In this document: in pieces, positions 9,835 to 19,918 of the stretch
How positions within the stretch are numbered: position 1 is the stretch's first letter
Layout: each line of letters begins with the position of its first letter
Origin: an uncultured Methanomassiliicoccales archaeon
GTDB taxonomy: Archaea > Thermoplasmatota > Thermoplasmata > Methanomassiliicoccales > UBA472
Direction: 5' to 3'
NCBI GenBank assembly: GCA_963695345.1
Contig: OY968769.1
Coordinates: 1,440,001 to 1,504,000 of the forward strand
Length of the DNA: 64,000 nucleotides
Translations under genes and position numbers: made by a program
Notes under the pieces: generated by a model
What the model saw: the letters and a program-made list of their open reading frames with translations, nothing else
Databases searched by the model: none
What the model was told of the DNA's origin: nothing

Positions 9835-11466
9835 ATGGTCGACCTAGTAAGTGGAAGGCGCTTCCGCAAAGGCTGGACCGGCTTCATTATCTTGTTCTTC
9901 CTGCTGTTCGTCATCCTGCCGACGGTCTGGATCCTATCTTACGCCTTCACCAACTGGGGAGACATCCAGACACGTGTCCTGAACGACCCGGCGATGATGA
10001 CGCTCATCACCGACGCCATCCTGGCGTCGTTCGAGATCGCCGCCATTGTAACTTTCATCGACTTCCTGGTGGGGCTGCCGATGGCCTGGATCCTGGTGCG
10101 GAAGAAGTTCCGTGGGAAACAGCTGTTGGATACCTTGATCGACATGCCGCTGGCCGTTCCCACGGCGGCGCTGGGTTTCTCTGCCGCCATCTTCTGGGCG
10201 GTGACCCCGGCAAGCCTGAGCTCGCCCGGTCTGAGCCTGATCACCAGCCCGATGCTGCTGATCATCCTGCTCCACATCGTCTTCTCATACCCGTACATGG
10301 TCCGTTCCCTGGCCGCGATATTGGAACAGATCGACACCACCTATGAGACGGCCGGTCAGACCCTGGGGGCGAGCAAGCTGACAGCTGTCCGAACCATCAC
10401 CCTGCCGCTGTTCCGCGCAGGCCTGGTCACCGGCATAATCCTGTGCTTCGCCCGTTCTCTCTCGGAGACGGGAGGAACGATGATCGCACTCTCCACCATG
10501 GCCAGCTCCCAGGGGTTCCAGACCGGGCCAACTATAATCGGGACCTGGAAACCTCTCCTGGTGACCCAGCCGGAGCTCACGGCTCCGCTGGCGTTCGTCA
10601 GCATTCTGCTCATTGTCCTCGCCCTGATACTATTGGTGGTCCTGAAGCTGGTGGTCATGAAGGTCAGGCTGCCCAAGGGCAAGGTCTGGCCGAAATGGGA
10701 GAGGATCCTCTCCCGCGGCTTTGTCCCAAAGCTCAAGGACGGCTCGGCCACCATATTCCTGATCGTCCTGGTCCTGATCCCCTCATTCTTCATCTTCTCC
10801 TATGTGGCGACCGCCACTCCTACCTCATCTGATTGGTCTCGGTTCTGGGACAGCCTCGCCTATTCCTTCGTCATTGCCGGCGTGGTCACGCTGATCGACA
10901 TTGTCCTGGGAGTGCCGTTGGCGCTGTACATCGCCCGGCACCGGACCTCGAAATTCTCCGGAGCGCTCGATGTGCTCGTCAACGTGCCGTTGATCGTCCC
11001 TACCGCCGCCCTCGGTTACTCACTCGGGGTCTTCTGGACCGGCCAGAACCTCATACCCACAGTGGACGTGCTCCTCATCATCCTGGCACACGTGGCGTTC
11101 ACCTACCCGTTGGTGGTCCGGAACGTTGCCGGCGCGGTGGAGGAAGTGGATCCTTCCTATGAGGAGACGGCCAGAACATTAGGTGCAAGGCCCGTGCAAG
11201 CTTTCCGCCGGGTGCTGTATCCGATGATCAAGGCATCCATCCTGGCCGGGTCTATCATGGCGTTCACCAGGAGCCTGGGGGAGACCGGGGCGACCCAGGC
11301 GGTGGTGGCCTCGGCGAACACGGCACCGGTGTACATCGTCGCCCTGATCAGCAAGGAGCATGCCTATTACACGGCAGGGCTGGCTTGCATCGTGCTCATA
11401 GCTGTTTCCTTCGTGTTCATGCTCGGCCTGCGCTACATCACCCGCAGGAAGACGGAGGCGAACTGA
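9835..11466 (+). CDS. ABC transporter permease with two fused ModB/CysT/FbpB-like transmembrane domains
   Basis: Two repeats of the EAA loop (YETAGQTLGAS / YEETARTLGAR) and of P-L-x-VPTAALG and FxRSLxETG; about 12 TM segments. Confidence 0.85.
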   Translation: MVDLVSGRRFRKGWTGFIILFFLLFVILPTVWILSYAFTNWGDIQTRVLNDPAMMTLITDAILASFEIAAIVTFIDFLVGLPMAWILVRKKFRGKQLLDTLIDMPLAVPTAALGFSAAIFWAVTPASLSSPGLSLITSPMLLIILLHIVFSYPYMVRSLAAILEQIDTTYETAGQTLGASKLTAVRTITLPLFRAGLVTGIILCFARSLSETGGTMIALSTMASSQGFQTGPTIIGTWKPLLVTQPELTAPLAFVSILLIVLALILLVVLKLVVMKVRLPKGKVWPKWERILSRGFVPKLKDGSATIFLIVLVLIPSFFIFSYVATATPTSSDWSRFWDSLAYSFVIAGVVTLIDIVLGVPLALYIARHRTSKFSGALDVLVNVPLIVPTAALGYSLGVFWTGQNLIPTVDVLLIILAHVAFTYPLVVRNVAGAVEEVDPSYEETARTLGARPVQAFRRVLYPMIKASILAGSIMAFTRSLGETGATQAVVASANTAPVYIVALISKEHAYYTAGLACIVLIAVSFVFMLGLRYITRRKTEAN

Positions 11467-12554
11467 TGCCTTCCATTGAGCTTAAAAACATCAAGAAAAC
11501 CTACGGTTCGATCAAGGCGGCCGACGGGCTGGACCTGGAGGTGCGGAACGGAGAGTACCTCTGTCTCCTGGGTCCGACAGGGGCGGGAAAGACCACCACG
11601 CTGCGGGTTCTTGCCGGCCTCATAAAGCCCGACTCAGGGAGCATCACCTTCGACGGGAAGGACATGGCCAGAGTGGAACCGGAGAACAGGAAGGCCGTTC
11701 TCCTGTCACAGACCTATTCCCTGTTCCCTCAGCTCACCGTGGCGGAGAACATCCTGTTCGGCCCTGAGATCAACCGGGAAACGGAAGAGGAGAAGGTCCG
11801 GACCCTCTCCGATATGCTGGACATGGTCCGGTTGACCACCCGGGCGGATGCCCTTCCGAGGGAGCTCAGCGGAGGCATGCAGCAGCGCACTGCCCTGGCC
11901 CGCGCCCTGGCCTCGGGAGCGGACACGCTGCTCCTGGATGAGCCGCTCCGCGCCCTGGACGCCCGGCTGAGGATCAGCCTGAGGTACGAGCTCCGTTCCT
12001 TGGCCAAGGCGCTCGGGATCACCACGGTGCATGTCACCCACGATCAGGACGAGGCTCTGGTGATGGCGGACCGCATCGCCGTCATAAGGGAAGGGAAGAT
12101 CCTGCAGATCGGGACCCCGGGAGAGGTCTTCGACAATCCTAACTCCCCGTTCATAGCGAACTTCGTGGGCCAATCCAATTTCTTCACCGGCAAGGTGGTG
12201 CAGAAGAGGGAGTCGACCCGAGTGTCGGACGGTCATTTTGAGGTGGAGGCCCGGCCGTCAAATATCGACGTGGGCGAGGAGGCGGTGGTCGGTATCAAGG
12301 TGGGCAACACCGAGGTGCATAAGGACCAGCCAGGATTCTTCTCGGGTACGATAGAGCGCATCCTGTTCGAAGGCCGGAACCTGCACGTCGACGTGGCCGT
12401 CGAGGAGATCGGCCGTTTCTCCGCCAAGGTCCCCTCCTGGCGTATGGGTAAGTTGGCGATGGGGGACAAGGTCAATATCAAATGGAACTGGGACAAGGCG
12501 ACGGTGTTCAGGATGCCGGAGAAGGGACTCCACGAAGAGCTGAAGGTGGAATAA
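11466..12554 (+). CDS. ABC transporter ATP-binding subunit 1 (PotA/CysA/FbpC-like, C-terminal TOBE)
   Basis: GPTGAGKT, LSGGMQQR, LLDEP and HVTHDQ motifs; start MPSIELK overlaps the permease stop. Confidence 0.9.
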   Translation: MPSIELKNIKKTYGSIKAADGLDLEVRNGEYLCLLGPTGAGKTTTLRVLAGLIKPDSGSITFDGKDMARVEPENRKAVLLSQTYSLFPQLTVAENILFGPEINRETEEEKVRTLSDMLDMVRLTTRADALPRELSGGMQQRTALARALASGADTLLLDEPLRALDARLRISLRYELRSLAKALGITTVHVTHDQDEALVMADRIAVIREGKILQIGTPGEVFDNPNSPFIANFVGQSNFFTGKVVQKRESTRVSDGHFEVEARPSNIDVGEEAVVGIKVGNTEVHKDQPGFFSGTIERILFEGRNLHVDVAVEEIGRFSAKVPSWRMGKLAMGDKVNIKWNWDKATVFRMPEKGLHEELKVE

Positions 12555-13640
12555 ATGCCGGCGATAGAACTGAAGGGCGTTTCCAAATTCTACGGCAAAC
12601 TGGCGGCGGTGGACCATGTTGACCTGAGGATCGAGGAGGGGGAGTACATCACCATACTCGGACCTTCAGGATGTGGAAAGACCACGCTCATCCGCATGAT
12701 CGCCGGCATCATCACGCCCACCGATGGAATGGTCACCATCGGCGGAAGGGACATGAACGGGGTGCCCATCGAGGACCGGGACATCGGATATGTGTTCCAG
12801 AACATCGCCCTGTTCCCGAACCTGACCGTTCAGGACAACGTCTCCTTTTCCCCCCGGGTCAAGGGCAAGGAGATAGAGGAGCAGAACAGCATCGCGCACA
12901 AGTACCTGGAACTGGTGAAGCTCCTGGACAAGATGGAAATGTTCCCGCATGAGCTGTGCGGGGGCGAGCAGCAGAAAGTTTCATTGGCCCGGGCGTTGGC
13001 CACCGGTTCGAAGGTGATCCTGCTGGACGAGCCGCTCTCCGCCCTGGACGCGCGAGTTCGTGTCGACCTCCGTTACGACCTGAGGCGCCTGGTGAAGTCC
13101 CTGGGAATAACCACGGTCCACGTTACCCATGACCAGGAGGAGGCGATGTCGGTCTCCGACCGGATCGTTCTGATGAAGAAGGGTTCGGTGGTGGAGATAG
13201 GTACACCGGAGCAGCTTTACACCAAGCCGCTCAGGATATTCACCGCCAACTTCATCGGAGAGACCAACCTATTGGAGGGTTGGATAAAGTCCATGAGCGA
13301 CGGCATAACGAAGATCGAGCTGAGGGACGATTCCATCGTCGAGGTCCTTGGCTCCACCATGAGGGCAGGGGACCCGGTGGTGGTATCGGTGCGTCCAGAG
13401 TTTGTCTTCCCCTATACCAGCGGATTGCACGCGACCATAACCACCATCACCTACATGGGCACGTACTGGCATATCCAGGCCTTGGCGGACAGCCAGGACC
13501 GCATGGATTTCGATGTTCCGACATCAGATGGAAACCTGTATCACGTAGGTCAGGAGATTTACCTCATGATCAATAAAAGGGCGGCAGTGGTCTATCCTCG
13601 GCCGATAGAGGGAATTGCGGAGGCTGTGAAACTTGAGTGA
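12555..13640 (+). CDS. ABC transporter ATP-binding subunit 2
   Basis: GPSGCGKT, variant signature LCGGEQQK, LLDEP and HVTHDQEEA motifs. Confidence 0.9.
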   Translation: MPAIELKGVSKFYGKLAAVDHVDLRIEEGEYITILGPSGCGKTTLIRMIAGIITPTDGMVTIGGRDMNGVPIEDRDIGYVFQNIALFPNLTVQDNVSFSPRVKGKEIEEQNSIAHKYLELVKLLDKMEMFPHELCGGEQQKVSLARALATGSKVILLDEPLSALDARVRVDLRYDLRRLVKSLGITTVHVTHDQEEAMSVSDRIVLMKKGSVVEIGTPEQLYTKPLRIFTANFIGETNLLEGWIKSMSDGITKIELRDDSIVEVLGSTMRAGDPVVVSVRPEFVFPYTSGLHATITTITYMGTYWHIQALADSQDRMDFDVPTSDGNLYHVGQEIYLMINKRAAVVYPRPIEGIAEAVKLE

Positions 13641-14322
13641 CAATAAGGGAACAATACTGGACTGGTTCAAGGTCCGACGCGAGTCGGTCATCATGAAAGG
13701 GGTCCGGGACCATGCGCAGAAGATCGGAGACACGGTGTCCGAGCTCAACCGGGCCCTGGCGGCTCTGTGCGACAATGACAAGGAAAGGGCGCTGGACGCC
13801 ATTCGGCGGCTGATATACTCGGAGAAGGAAGCGGACAACCTGGAGGAGATGATATCCGAGGAACTCTCCAAGGGGGACATGGAGCCCAAGGAACGGGAGG
13901 ACCTTCTGCATCTGACCCAGAACATGGACAACGTGGCCGACTGGGCCAAGGAGGCGGGCATGAACCTGCAACTGGTCATCGAGGCCAACGTAAGTGTTCC
14001 GCTCTCCATGTGGAGGAAGTATGCGGAGATGACCAAGGAGCTGGATTTCACAGCCAAGCAACTGCGCAACTGTGTCGATTCCCTCGGCGTCAACAGCGAT
14101 GCCGTGATCACCTACGGTAAGAGCGTGAGCGTATCCGAGCACAAACTGGATGAGATGTACTTCTCCACCAAGAAGGAGATCCTCTTCGCCGAACTGGACC
14201 CCCGCGCCATCTATCTAATGCGGGACCTGCTGCACGGCATCGAGAACTCTTCCGATTCGTGCAAGGACTCCGCAGACATTATCCATATCCTGGTGATATC
14301 CCAGCTCCACAAGGCAAGGTGA
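13633..14322 (+). CDS. DUF47 / PhoU-like phosphate transport regulator
   Basis: All-helical protein with the repeated motifs EKEADNL...REDLLHL...MDNVADW and EHKLDE...IENSSDSCKD, typical of DUF47. Confidence 0.8.
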   Translation: MSDNKGTILDWFKVRRESVIMKGVRDHAQKIGDTVSELNRALAALCDNDKERALDAIRRLIYSEKEADNLEEMISEELSKGDMEPKEREDLLHLTQNMDNVADWAKEAGMNLQLVIEANVSVPLSMWRKYAEMTKELDFTAKQLRNCVDSLGVNSDAVITYGKSVSVSEHKLDEMYFSTKKEILFAELDPRAIYLMRDLLHGIENSSDSCKDSADIIHILVISQLHKAR

Positions 14323-14325
14323 ACT

Positions 14326-15675
14326 ATGACGGCCAGACTCTTCGGGACCAATGGAATCAGGGGCGTTGTCAATCAGGAAATGAACGCATCGTTCGCGTTG
14401 GAAGTGGGCGCCGCCATTGGCACCTTCATGTCCGGCAAGGTGGCCATCGCCACCGATTGCCGCACCTCCGCCGATATGATCAAGAGCGCAGTGGCCGCCG
14501 GTCTGATGGCCAGTGGGGTCAGCGTCCTGGACCTGGGCATGCTTCCTACTCCGGCGCTGCAGTACTATGTCAAGAATTCCGGTGTCAAGGGCGGTGTGAT
14601 GATCACAGCCTCACATAACCCCCCGGAGTTCAACGGGATCAAGTGCGTCGACTCCGACGGCACCGAGATGCCGCGGGAGAAGGAAGAGAAGATCGAGGAG
14701 ATATATTTCAACCGATCCGCCGTCCACAAGAACTGGAAGTCGGTCGGGTCGATCGGTCCGATCGAAGGTGTCGCCCGTTCGTACGCCGCCGCCATCAAAC
14801 AGCTGGTGAACGTCGAGGCCATTTCCTCGGCCAAGATGAACGTCGTCCTGGACTGCGCCAATGGCGCCGCCACCGCGACCTCACCGGACCTGCTGGCAGA
14901 CCTGGGGGTGCGCGTCATATCCCTCAACTCGAACCCGCAGGGCACATTCCCCGGGCATCCCTCCGAGCCCACAGCTGATAACCTTAAGGACCTGATGGCC
15001 ACCGTCAAGGCGACCGGCGCCGACCTGGGCGTGGCCCACGACGGAGACGCGGACCGTACCATATTCGTCGATGACAAGGGCAACTTCGTCTTCGGCGACC
15101 GGTCCCTGGCCATAGTCGCCAGGCACATTGTAAGGAAGAACGGGGGAGGGACAGTGGTGACCCCGGTCAGCTCTTCCTCCTGCGTTGAGGACGTGGTCAG
15201 GGCCGAAGGGGGAGATGTCATCTACACCCGGGTGGGCTCCCCGGTCGTGGCCAGGAAGATGATCGAGGTCGGGGCCATCTTCGGCGGTGAGGAGAATGGA
15301 GGCCTGATCTTCCCCGAGCATCAGTACTGCCGGGACGGAGGAATGACCGCCGCCAAGATGCTGGAGATCGTTGCCACGGAAGGGCCGCTGTCCAAGCTCC
15401 TGTCGACCATCCCCGAGTACTATCTGGACAAGCGCAAGATGGAATGTCCAGAGGTCAGGAAGGAAGAGGTGCTGACGCTCATCGTGGAGGCTTTCTCGGA
15501 CGAAAAGGTCGACACCACCGACGGGGTCAAGGTCTATTTCGGTGATGGGTGGACATTGATCCGGCCATCAGGCACCGAGCCGATCTTCCGGATATTCTCC
15601 GAGGCCAAGAGCATCGAGGCGGCAAGGAAGTGCGGCGACCGGTGCGAGAAGGCGCTGAAAGAGATACTGGAGTAA
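14326..15675 (+). CDS. Phosphohexomutase (phosphoglucosamine mutase / phosphomannomutase)
   Basis: LFGTNGIRG, phosphoserine motif TASHNP, metal loop DGDADR, GGEENG and IRPSGTEP. Confidence 0.92.
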   Translation: MTARLFGTNGIRGVVNQEMNASFALEVGAAIGTFMSGKVAIATDCRTSADMIKSAVAAGLMASGVSVLDLGMLPTPALQYYVKNSGVKGGVMITASHNPPEFNGIKCVDSDGTEMPREKEEKIEEIYFNRSAVHKNWKSVGSIGPIEGVARSYAAAIKQLVNVEAISSAKMNVVLDCANGAATATSPDLLADLGVRVISLNSNPQGTFPGHPSEPTADNLKDLMATVKATGADLGVAHDGDADRTIFVDDKGNFVFGDRSLAIVARHIVRKNGGGTVVTPVSSSSCVEDVVRAEGGDVIYTRVGSPVVARKMIEVGAIFGGEENGGLIFPEHQYCRDGGMTAAKMLEIVATEGPLSKLLSTIPEYYLDKRKMECPEVRKEEVLTLIVEAFSDEKVDTTDGVKVYFGDGWTLIRPSGTEPIFRIFSEAKSIEAARKCGDRCEKALKEILE

Positions 15676-15715
15676 ACCTTTTCTCGTTCTCCCAAAGAAC
15701 GGAGGACGATATGCC

Positions 15716-16573
15716 CTACTTTTTGCCGGCGTGCTTCCAGACGACGCAGATTACTTCCTGTATCATCCTGGCACCGAGAGCGGCGGTATTGCCATGGTCG
15801 TATGGCGGGGAGATCTCGTTCACGTCAAAACCGACCATTCTCTCGCCGAGCATGTTGATGCACTTCTTTACATCGTAGGAACTCAGGCCGAACGGTTCCG
15901 GAGTTCCGGTCCCGGGTGCGTACGCCGGGTCGATGCCATCGATGTCCAGGGAGAAATAGACCTTCTCCTTGCGCATCATGTTCATGGCCCTCTTCCATGA
16001 GGTCTCGAGGCCCTGGTCGTGGATCTGGTAGGCATCGATGTAGTTGGGCATCTTGTTCTTCTTCTCATCGGCCGAGATCGACCTGACCCCGAAGGGCAGC
16101 ACGTTCTCAATGCCCACATGGTCGGCCGCCCTCCTCATGACGCAGGCATGGGACATCCGGTTGCCCATGTACTCATCCCGGAAGTCGAGATGGGCATCGA
16201 TCGAGATGACCCCGATATCGTCGAAGGCCTCGATGACTGGTATGGAAATGGAATGCTCCCCGCCGATGAATATCGGGAACTTGCCCGCGGATATGATGCT
16301 CTTCGCCTCCGCCTTGGTGGCCTTGAACATCTCTTCGGCGGTGCCGCACTGCTCTATGTTACCGGCGTCGTGGATCGGGATATCGACCAGGTTAGTGTCG
16401 TGCTCAAAAAGATAGCTCTCGAAATTGTAAGAGGCTTCCCTGACGGCGTTCGGACCGGCCCTGGTGCCGGAGCGGAACGAGGTGGTCCTGTCAAAGGGCA
16501 CACCGACGATGACGAAGTGCGCCTTTTCGAATGAGGCCCTTGCCTCGTTGAACGAAACACCGGGGAGGACCAT
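15716..16573 (-). CDS. speB: Agmatinase (ureohydrolase family)
   Basis: GGEHSI, DAHLD, SLDIDGIDP and PGTGTPEP motifs; adjacent to aIF5A. Confidence 0.88.
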   Translation of the reverse strand: MVLPGVSFNEARASFEKAHFVIVGVPFDRTTSFRSGTRAGPNAVREASYNFESYLFEHDTNLVDIPIHDAGNIEQCGTAEEMFKATKAEAKSIISAGKFPIFIGGEHSISIPVIEAFDDIGVISIDAHLDFRDEYMGNRMSHACVMRRAADHVGIENVLPFGVRSISADEKKNKMPNYIDAYQIHDQGLETSWKRAMNMMRKEKVYFSLDIDGIDPAYAPGTGTPEPFGLSSYDVKKCINMLGERMVGFDVNEISPPYDHGNTAALGARMIQEVICVVWKHAGKK

Positions 16574-16595
16574 CTTCGGCTACCTTCTGGTCCGT

Positions 16596-16982
16596 TCAGA
16601 CCTTGGTGATCTTCCGGCGGTCCATGGCAACGAGATACATGATCTCCTCGCCGTTCGTGAACTGTCCCTTGAACTCATCCGGGACTGGAAGCTGGAATGT
16701 CTCGTAGGTCTCCAGGTCCATTAATTGGATCTCGTCGCCCATAACGGCTAGGACCTGTGCCTTCCGCTTGTCGATCATGGGGACCTGGACCTTGTGCTTC
16801 ACCGGGTGAACGATCTGGCGCTTCTTGTTGTCGAATATTCCAATGGCGTCGATGTTCGCCTTCGCTTCTCCATGCTTCCCTGGCTTGGATGTGGAAATGT
16901 TAACGATCTTGCAAGGCTCACTGTCAATGAGCATGTAACGTCCTTCCTTAAGTTCACGGACTTCCTGTTGCGTCCACGACAT
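16596..16982 (-). CDS. eif5a: Translation factor aIF5A
   Basis: Hypusine-site motif [12 protein letters not shown]; [11 protein letters not shown]. Confidence 0.95.
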   Translation of the reverse strand: MSWTQQEVRELKEGRYMLIDSEPCKIVNISTSKPGKHGEAKANIDAIGIFDNKKRQIVHPVKHKVQVPMIDKRKAQVLAVMGDEIQLMDLETYETFQLPVPDEFKGQFTNGEEIMYLVAMDRRKITKV

Positions 16983-17020
16983 ATCAATCAAGCAGGGAAT
17001 TGAGCGAGTGCTTATATAAC

Positions 17021-18085
17021 TTACCTTCTCCCCTTTCGGTCGTTATTCCATCTGGGTCTCGGAGCTGGCGCGCGCTTGGGCGGATTGGGGTACTTTTTCT
17101 GCACCTCTTCGACGCGCAGCTCCATCTGCTTCTTCAGCTGGTCGCCGATGAAATCGCCCTTATAATAGTCGACCTTGCAGGCGATGGAGATCTTGCCTCC
17201 CAGGGAACGGGCCACCTTGCCTCTCTGCCAGTACGGCGCCCGGTTGATCCATGGGTGCTGGAAAATGATGCCGTGCTTGGGCGGCCTCTTGCCCGAGCGC
17301 AGGTGCATGAACATGGCCTTCTCGGCCCCCAGCAGTTGGACCGTGCTCGCCGGCAATTTGGTCAACCGGGCCAACCCCCCGGAGAGCGAGATCAATCGGG
17401 CCGCCAGGTTCGCCGATAGCAGGGCGGTCATGTTAGGCGCGACCTTCTGCATGCCCTCGGAGATGTAGTGGTCCAGGTCGGCCTTGCGCTGATACAGCTC
17501 GAAGAGCGTCCCGGCCACCGAACGGATGATGTTGATGTCCTCCTCGGCCATCTCGGAACCGACCGATTCGAGTTCCACCTGGAGTTCGTCCAGGACCTTG
17601 TCCCGGTCCCCGTACTTGGATATCAGCTCCACATACCGCTCGTCCAGCGCATAATCGGATAGCTCAGGGAAGTGAAGGCCGTACCATTCGTGCATCCGTT
17701 CGTTCATCAGGTTGATGGTTACGATGATGTCGTCCTGAGCCCTTATCGCCTGGGCGATGCACTTGTCCTCGCTCAAAGGTTCCCGGGTACGTACCTTGCC
17801 CAGTTCGACCATGACCTTCTGCATGAATCCGGGCTCGATCCCGTAGGCATCTGGACGTATGAATGAAGAATCGAAGACGGTGGGCTTCCCCAGCTTCTTC
17901 AGTCTGACGTCGGCGACCTTCATCCTTCTGACGGCCAGGCTACGTTCCTCCGGGAGTATCTCCCCCTTCTGGATAGCGGCTAGCTTCTTCGCCACCGATT
18001 TCGGGTCCTTGTCGAACAGCTGGAACTTCCTGACTGTTACATCCTCGCAGAGAAAGACGCCGAACCATTTGGTGACAAGTATCAT
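17021..18085 (-). CDS. nop5: Box C/D RNP protein Nop5 (Nop56/58)
   Basis: [23 protein letters not shown] and [11 protein letters not shown]...RGKVAR motifs. Confidence 0.93.
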   Translation of the reverse strand: MILVTKWFGVFLCEDVTVRKFQLFDKDPKSVAKKLAAIQKGEILPEERSLAVRRMKVADVRLKKLGKPTVFDSSFIRPDAYGIEPGFMQKVMVELGKVRTREPLSEDKCIAQAIRAQDDIIVTINLMNERMHEWYGLHFPELSDYALDERYVELISKYGDRDKVLDELQVELESVGSEMAEEDINIIRSVAGTLFELYQRKADLDHYISEGMQKVAPNMTALLSANLAARLISLSGGLARLTKLPASTVQLLGAEKAMFMHLRSGKRPPKHGIIFQHPWINRAPYWQRGKVARSLGGKISIACKVDYYKGDFIGDQLKKQMELRVEEVQKKYPNPPKRAPAPRPRWNNDRKGRR

Positions 18086-18129
18086 CGTGTTGTGAATGGC
18101 ATAGGCTATTAATCATTTTGCCGCGGCGC

Positions 18130-18753
18130 TCACTCCTTGAGTATGCGGCGGACCTCGTCCGCGGGCAGAGGCTCGGCCCCGCCCAACGCGCTCAGGTTGA
18201 ACCGCAGCTGGGCCATGAACTCCAGGGTCTCCATCCGGTGGAAGGCCTCGGTCATGTTCCGGCCGACGGCGATGGCCCCATGCTTCTCCAGGAGGAAGGC
18301 ATCCGAGGTCCTGAGCGCATCGGAGAGGGCGCTGGCCAGATCGTCAGTCCCGGGAGTGGCGTAAGGCACCATCGGGACCTCCCGCCCCAATACCAGCAGA
18401 CCTTCGGGAGTCAGGTCAGGCTGGACCTTTATGCCTTTGACCGCCAGGGCGGTGCAGTAGACCGGATGGGTGTGGATGACCGCGTTGACCTCCGGCCTGG
18501 CCCGATAGAAGGCCAGGTGGAACGGGGTCTCGATCGAGGGTCGGCCGGCGCCCAGCACGTTCCCGTTCCTGATGTCGATGGTCACGATCTTGTCCTCTTC
18601 CAGCATTCCTTTGCATGTATTGGTCGGGGTGATCAGCATGGTCTCGTTCTCCCCCCGGGCGCTGATATTGCCGGCGGTGCCGACAGTCAGGCCTTTCTGA
18701 TAGAGCAGCTTGCCATACTGCACGATCTGCTCCCTCGCCTTTTGACTGGTCAT
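18130..18753 (-). CDS. Class II aldolase/adducin family protein (FucA/MtnB-like)
   Basis: AGNISAR, PSIETPFH, HTHP and LLEKHGAIAVG zinc-binding motifs; overlaps mtnA. Confidence 0.88.
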   Translation of the reverse strand: MTSQKAREQIVQYGKLLYQKGLTVGTAGNISARGENETMLITPTNTCKGMLEEDKIVTIDIRNGNVLGAGRPSIETPFHLAFYRARPEVNAVIHTHPVYCTALAVKGIKVQPDLTPEGLLVLGREVPMVPYATPGTDDLASALSDALRTSDAFLLEKHGAIAVGRNMTEAFHRMETLEFMAQLRFNLSALGGAEPLPADEVRRILKE

Positions 18754-19757
18754 TGCAGCATCCTCCTGACCTTGCCTACCTCGTTTGGTCTTATTACACC
18801 GATCTCGGTGATGATGCCGGTGACATACCGGTTCGGGGTCATGTCAAAGGAGGGGTTCATCGCATTGCAGCCTTTCGGGGCGATGAGGTGGCCATCGATC
18901 ATCGTCACTTCCTCCTCGGAACGGTCCTCTATCGGTATCTGCTCCCCGTTCTCGATGGTGAAATCGAAGGTGGATATCGGCGCCGCGGTGTAGAATGGGA
19001 TGCCGAGCTCCCTGGCCAGCACCGCCTTTTCGTAGGTGCCGATCTTATTGGCGAAATCGCCGTTCGCGGCGATCCGGTCCGCCCCCACAATGATGACGTC
19101 AACTCCCTTGCGCATGAAGTGGCCGGACGCACCGTCGGGAATGATGGAATGCGGTATCCCCTCGTTGAGCAGTTCGTATGCGGTCAGCTTCATGCCCTGG
19201 AGACGGGGCCTGGTCTCCGAGACGTAGACGAACATCTTCTTCCCCTTGTTCCACGCCAGCCGCATCGGTGCCAACGCCGTCCCGTAGTCGACGGTGGCCA
19301 AAGCGCCCGCGTTGCAATGGGTCATGACCCTCGCCCCGTCCTTGATGAGCGGTTCACCGAACTCGCCGATCATCCTGCACTTCTCGACAATGGTGTCCGC
19401 GTATGAACGGGCCGCCTGCTCCGGGTCCTTGCCGGATCGGATCGCCTCCATCATCGTATCGACGGCGAAGAACAGGTCATGCGCCGTCGGCCTGGTCGCC
19501 TTCAGCATTCTTGCCGCGTCTTCCAGCCTCGTTCCGTCCCTGGTCGCCAGCAACATCCCGTAGGCGGCCGCCACCCCGATCGCCGGGGCACCGCGAACGG
19601 TCATGTCCTTGATGCTCGCCGCCACTTCGCTGCACTTCGTGAAACTGACCAGCTTGAACATGTTGGGCAAGAGGCGCTGATCGATCATGATGACCTTGCC
19701 AGCGTCATACCAGAGCGCTCTCATCTCTTGCTGTCGGCCGTCGACGGTGATTTTCAT
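18750..19757 (-). CDS. mtnA: Methylthioribose-1-phosphate isomerase
   Basis: IDQRLLP, VRGAPAIG, TRPTA, THCNAGALAT, ETRPRLQG and ANKIGTY motifs. Confidence 0.93.
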   Translation of the reverse strand: MKITVDGRQQEMRALWYDAGKVIMIDQRLLPNMFKLVSFTKCSEVAASIKDMTVRGAPAIGVAAAYGMLLATRDGTRLEDAARMLKATRPTAHDLFFAVDTMMEAIRSGKDPEQAARSYADTIVEKCRMIGEFGEPLIKDGARVMTHCNAGALATVDYGTALAPMRLAWNKGKKMFVYVSETRPRLQGMKLTAYELLNEGIPHSIIPDGASGHFMRKGVDVIIVGADRIAANGDFANKIGTYEKAVLARELGIPFYTAAPISTFDFTIENGEQIPIEDRSEEEVTMIDGHLIAPKGCNAMNPSFDMTPNRYVTGIITEIGVIRPNEVGKVRRMLQ

Positions 19758-19815
19758 GGTCCTCTGCTCAGTCAGAGGATAGGAGTTTAAAAAATGTAAT
19801 GTCCCGGACCTCCCT

Positions 19816-19843
19816 AGGAATCAGGGGAATATCATCGATTCCT
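19816..19843. promoter_or_regulatory. Inverted repeat in the divergent mtnA / V4R-regulator intergenic region
   Basis: AGGAATC-N14-GATTCCT. Confidence 0.35.
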
Positions 19844-19918
19844 GAACCAACGATTCTTCGTTAATCTCAATAACATTTAATAGTGCGCCATGCCAATTTG
19901 ATAGCTCGGGTTGAACTG

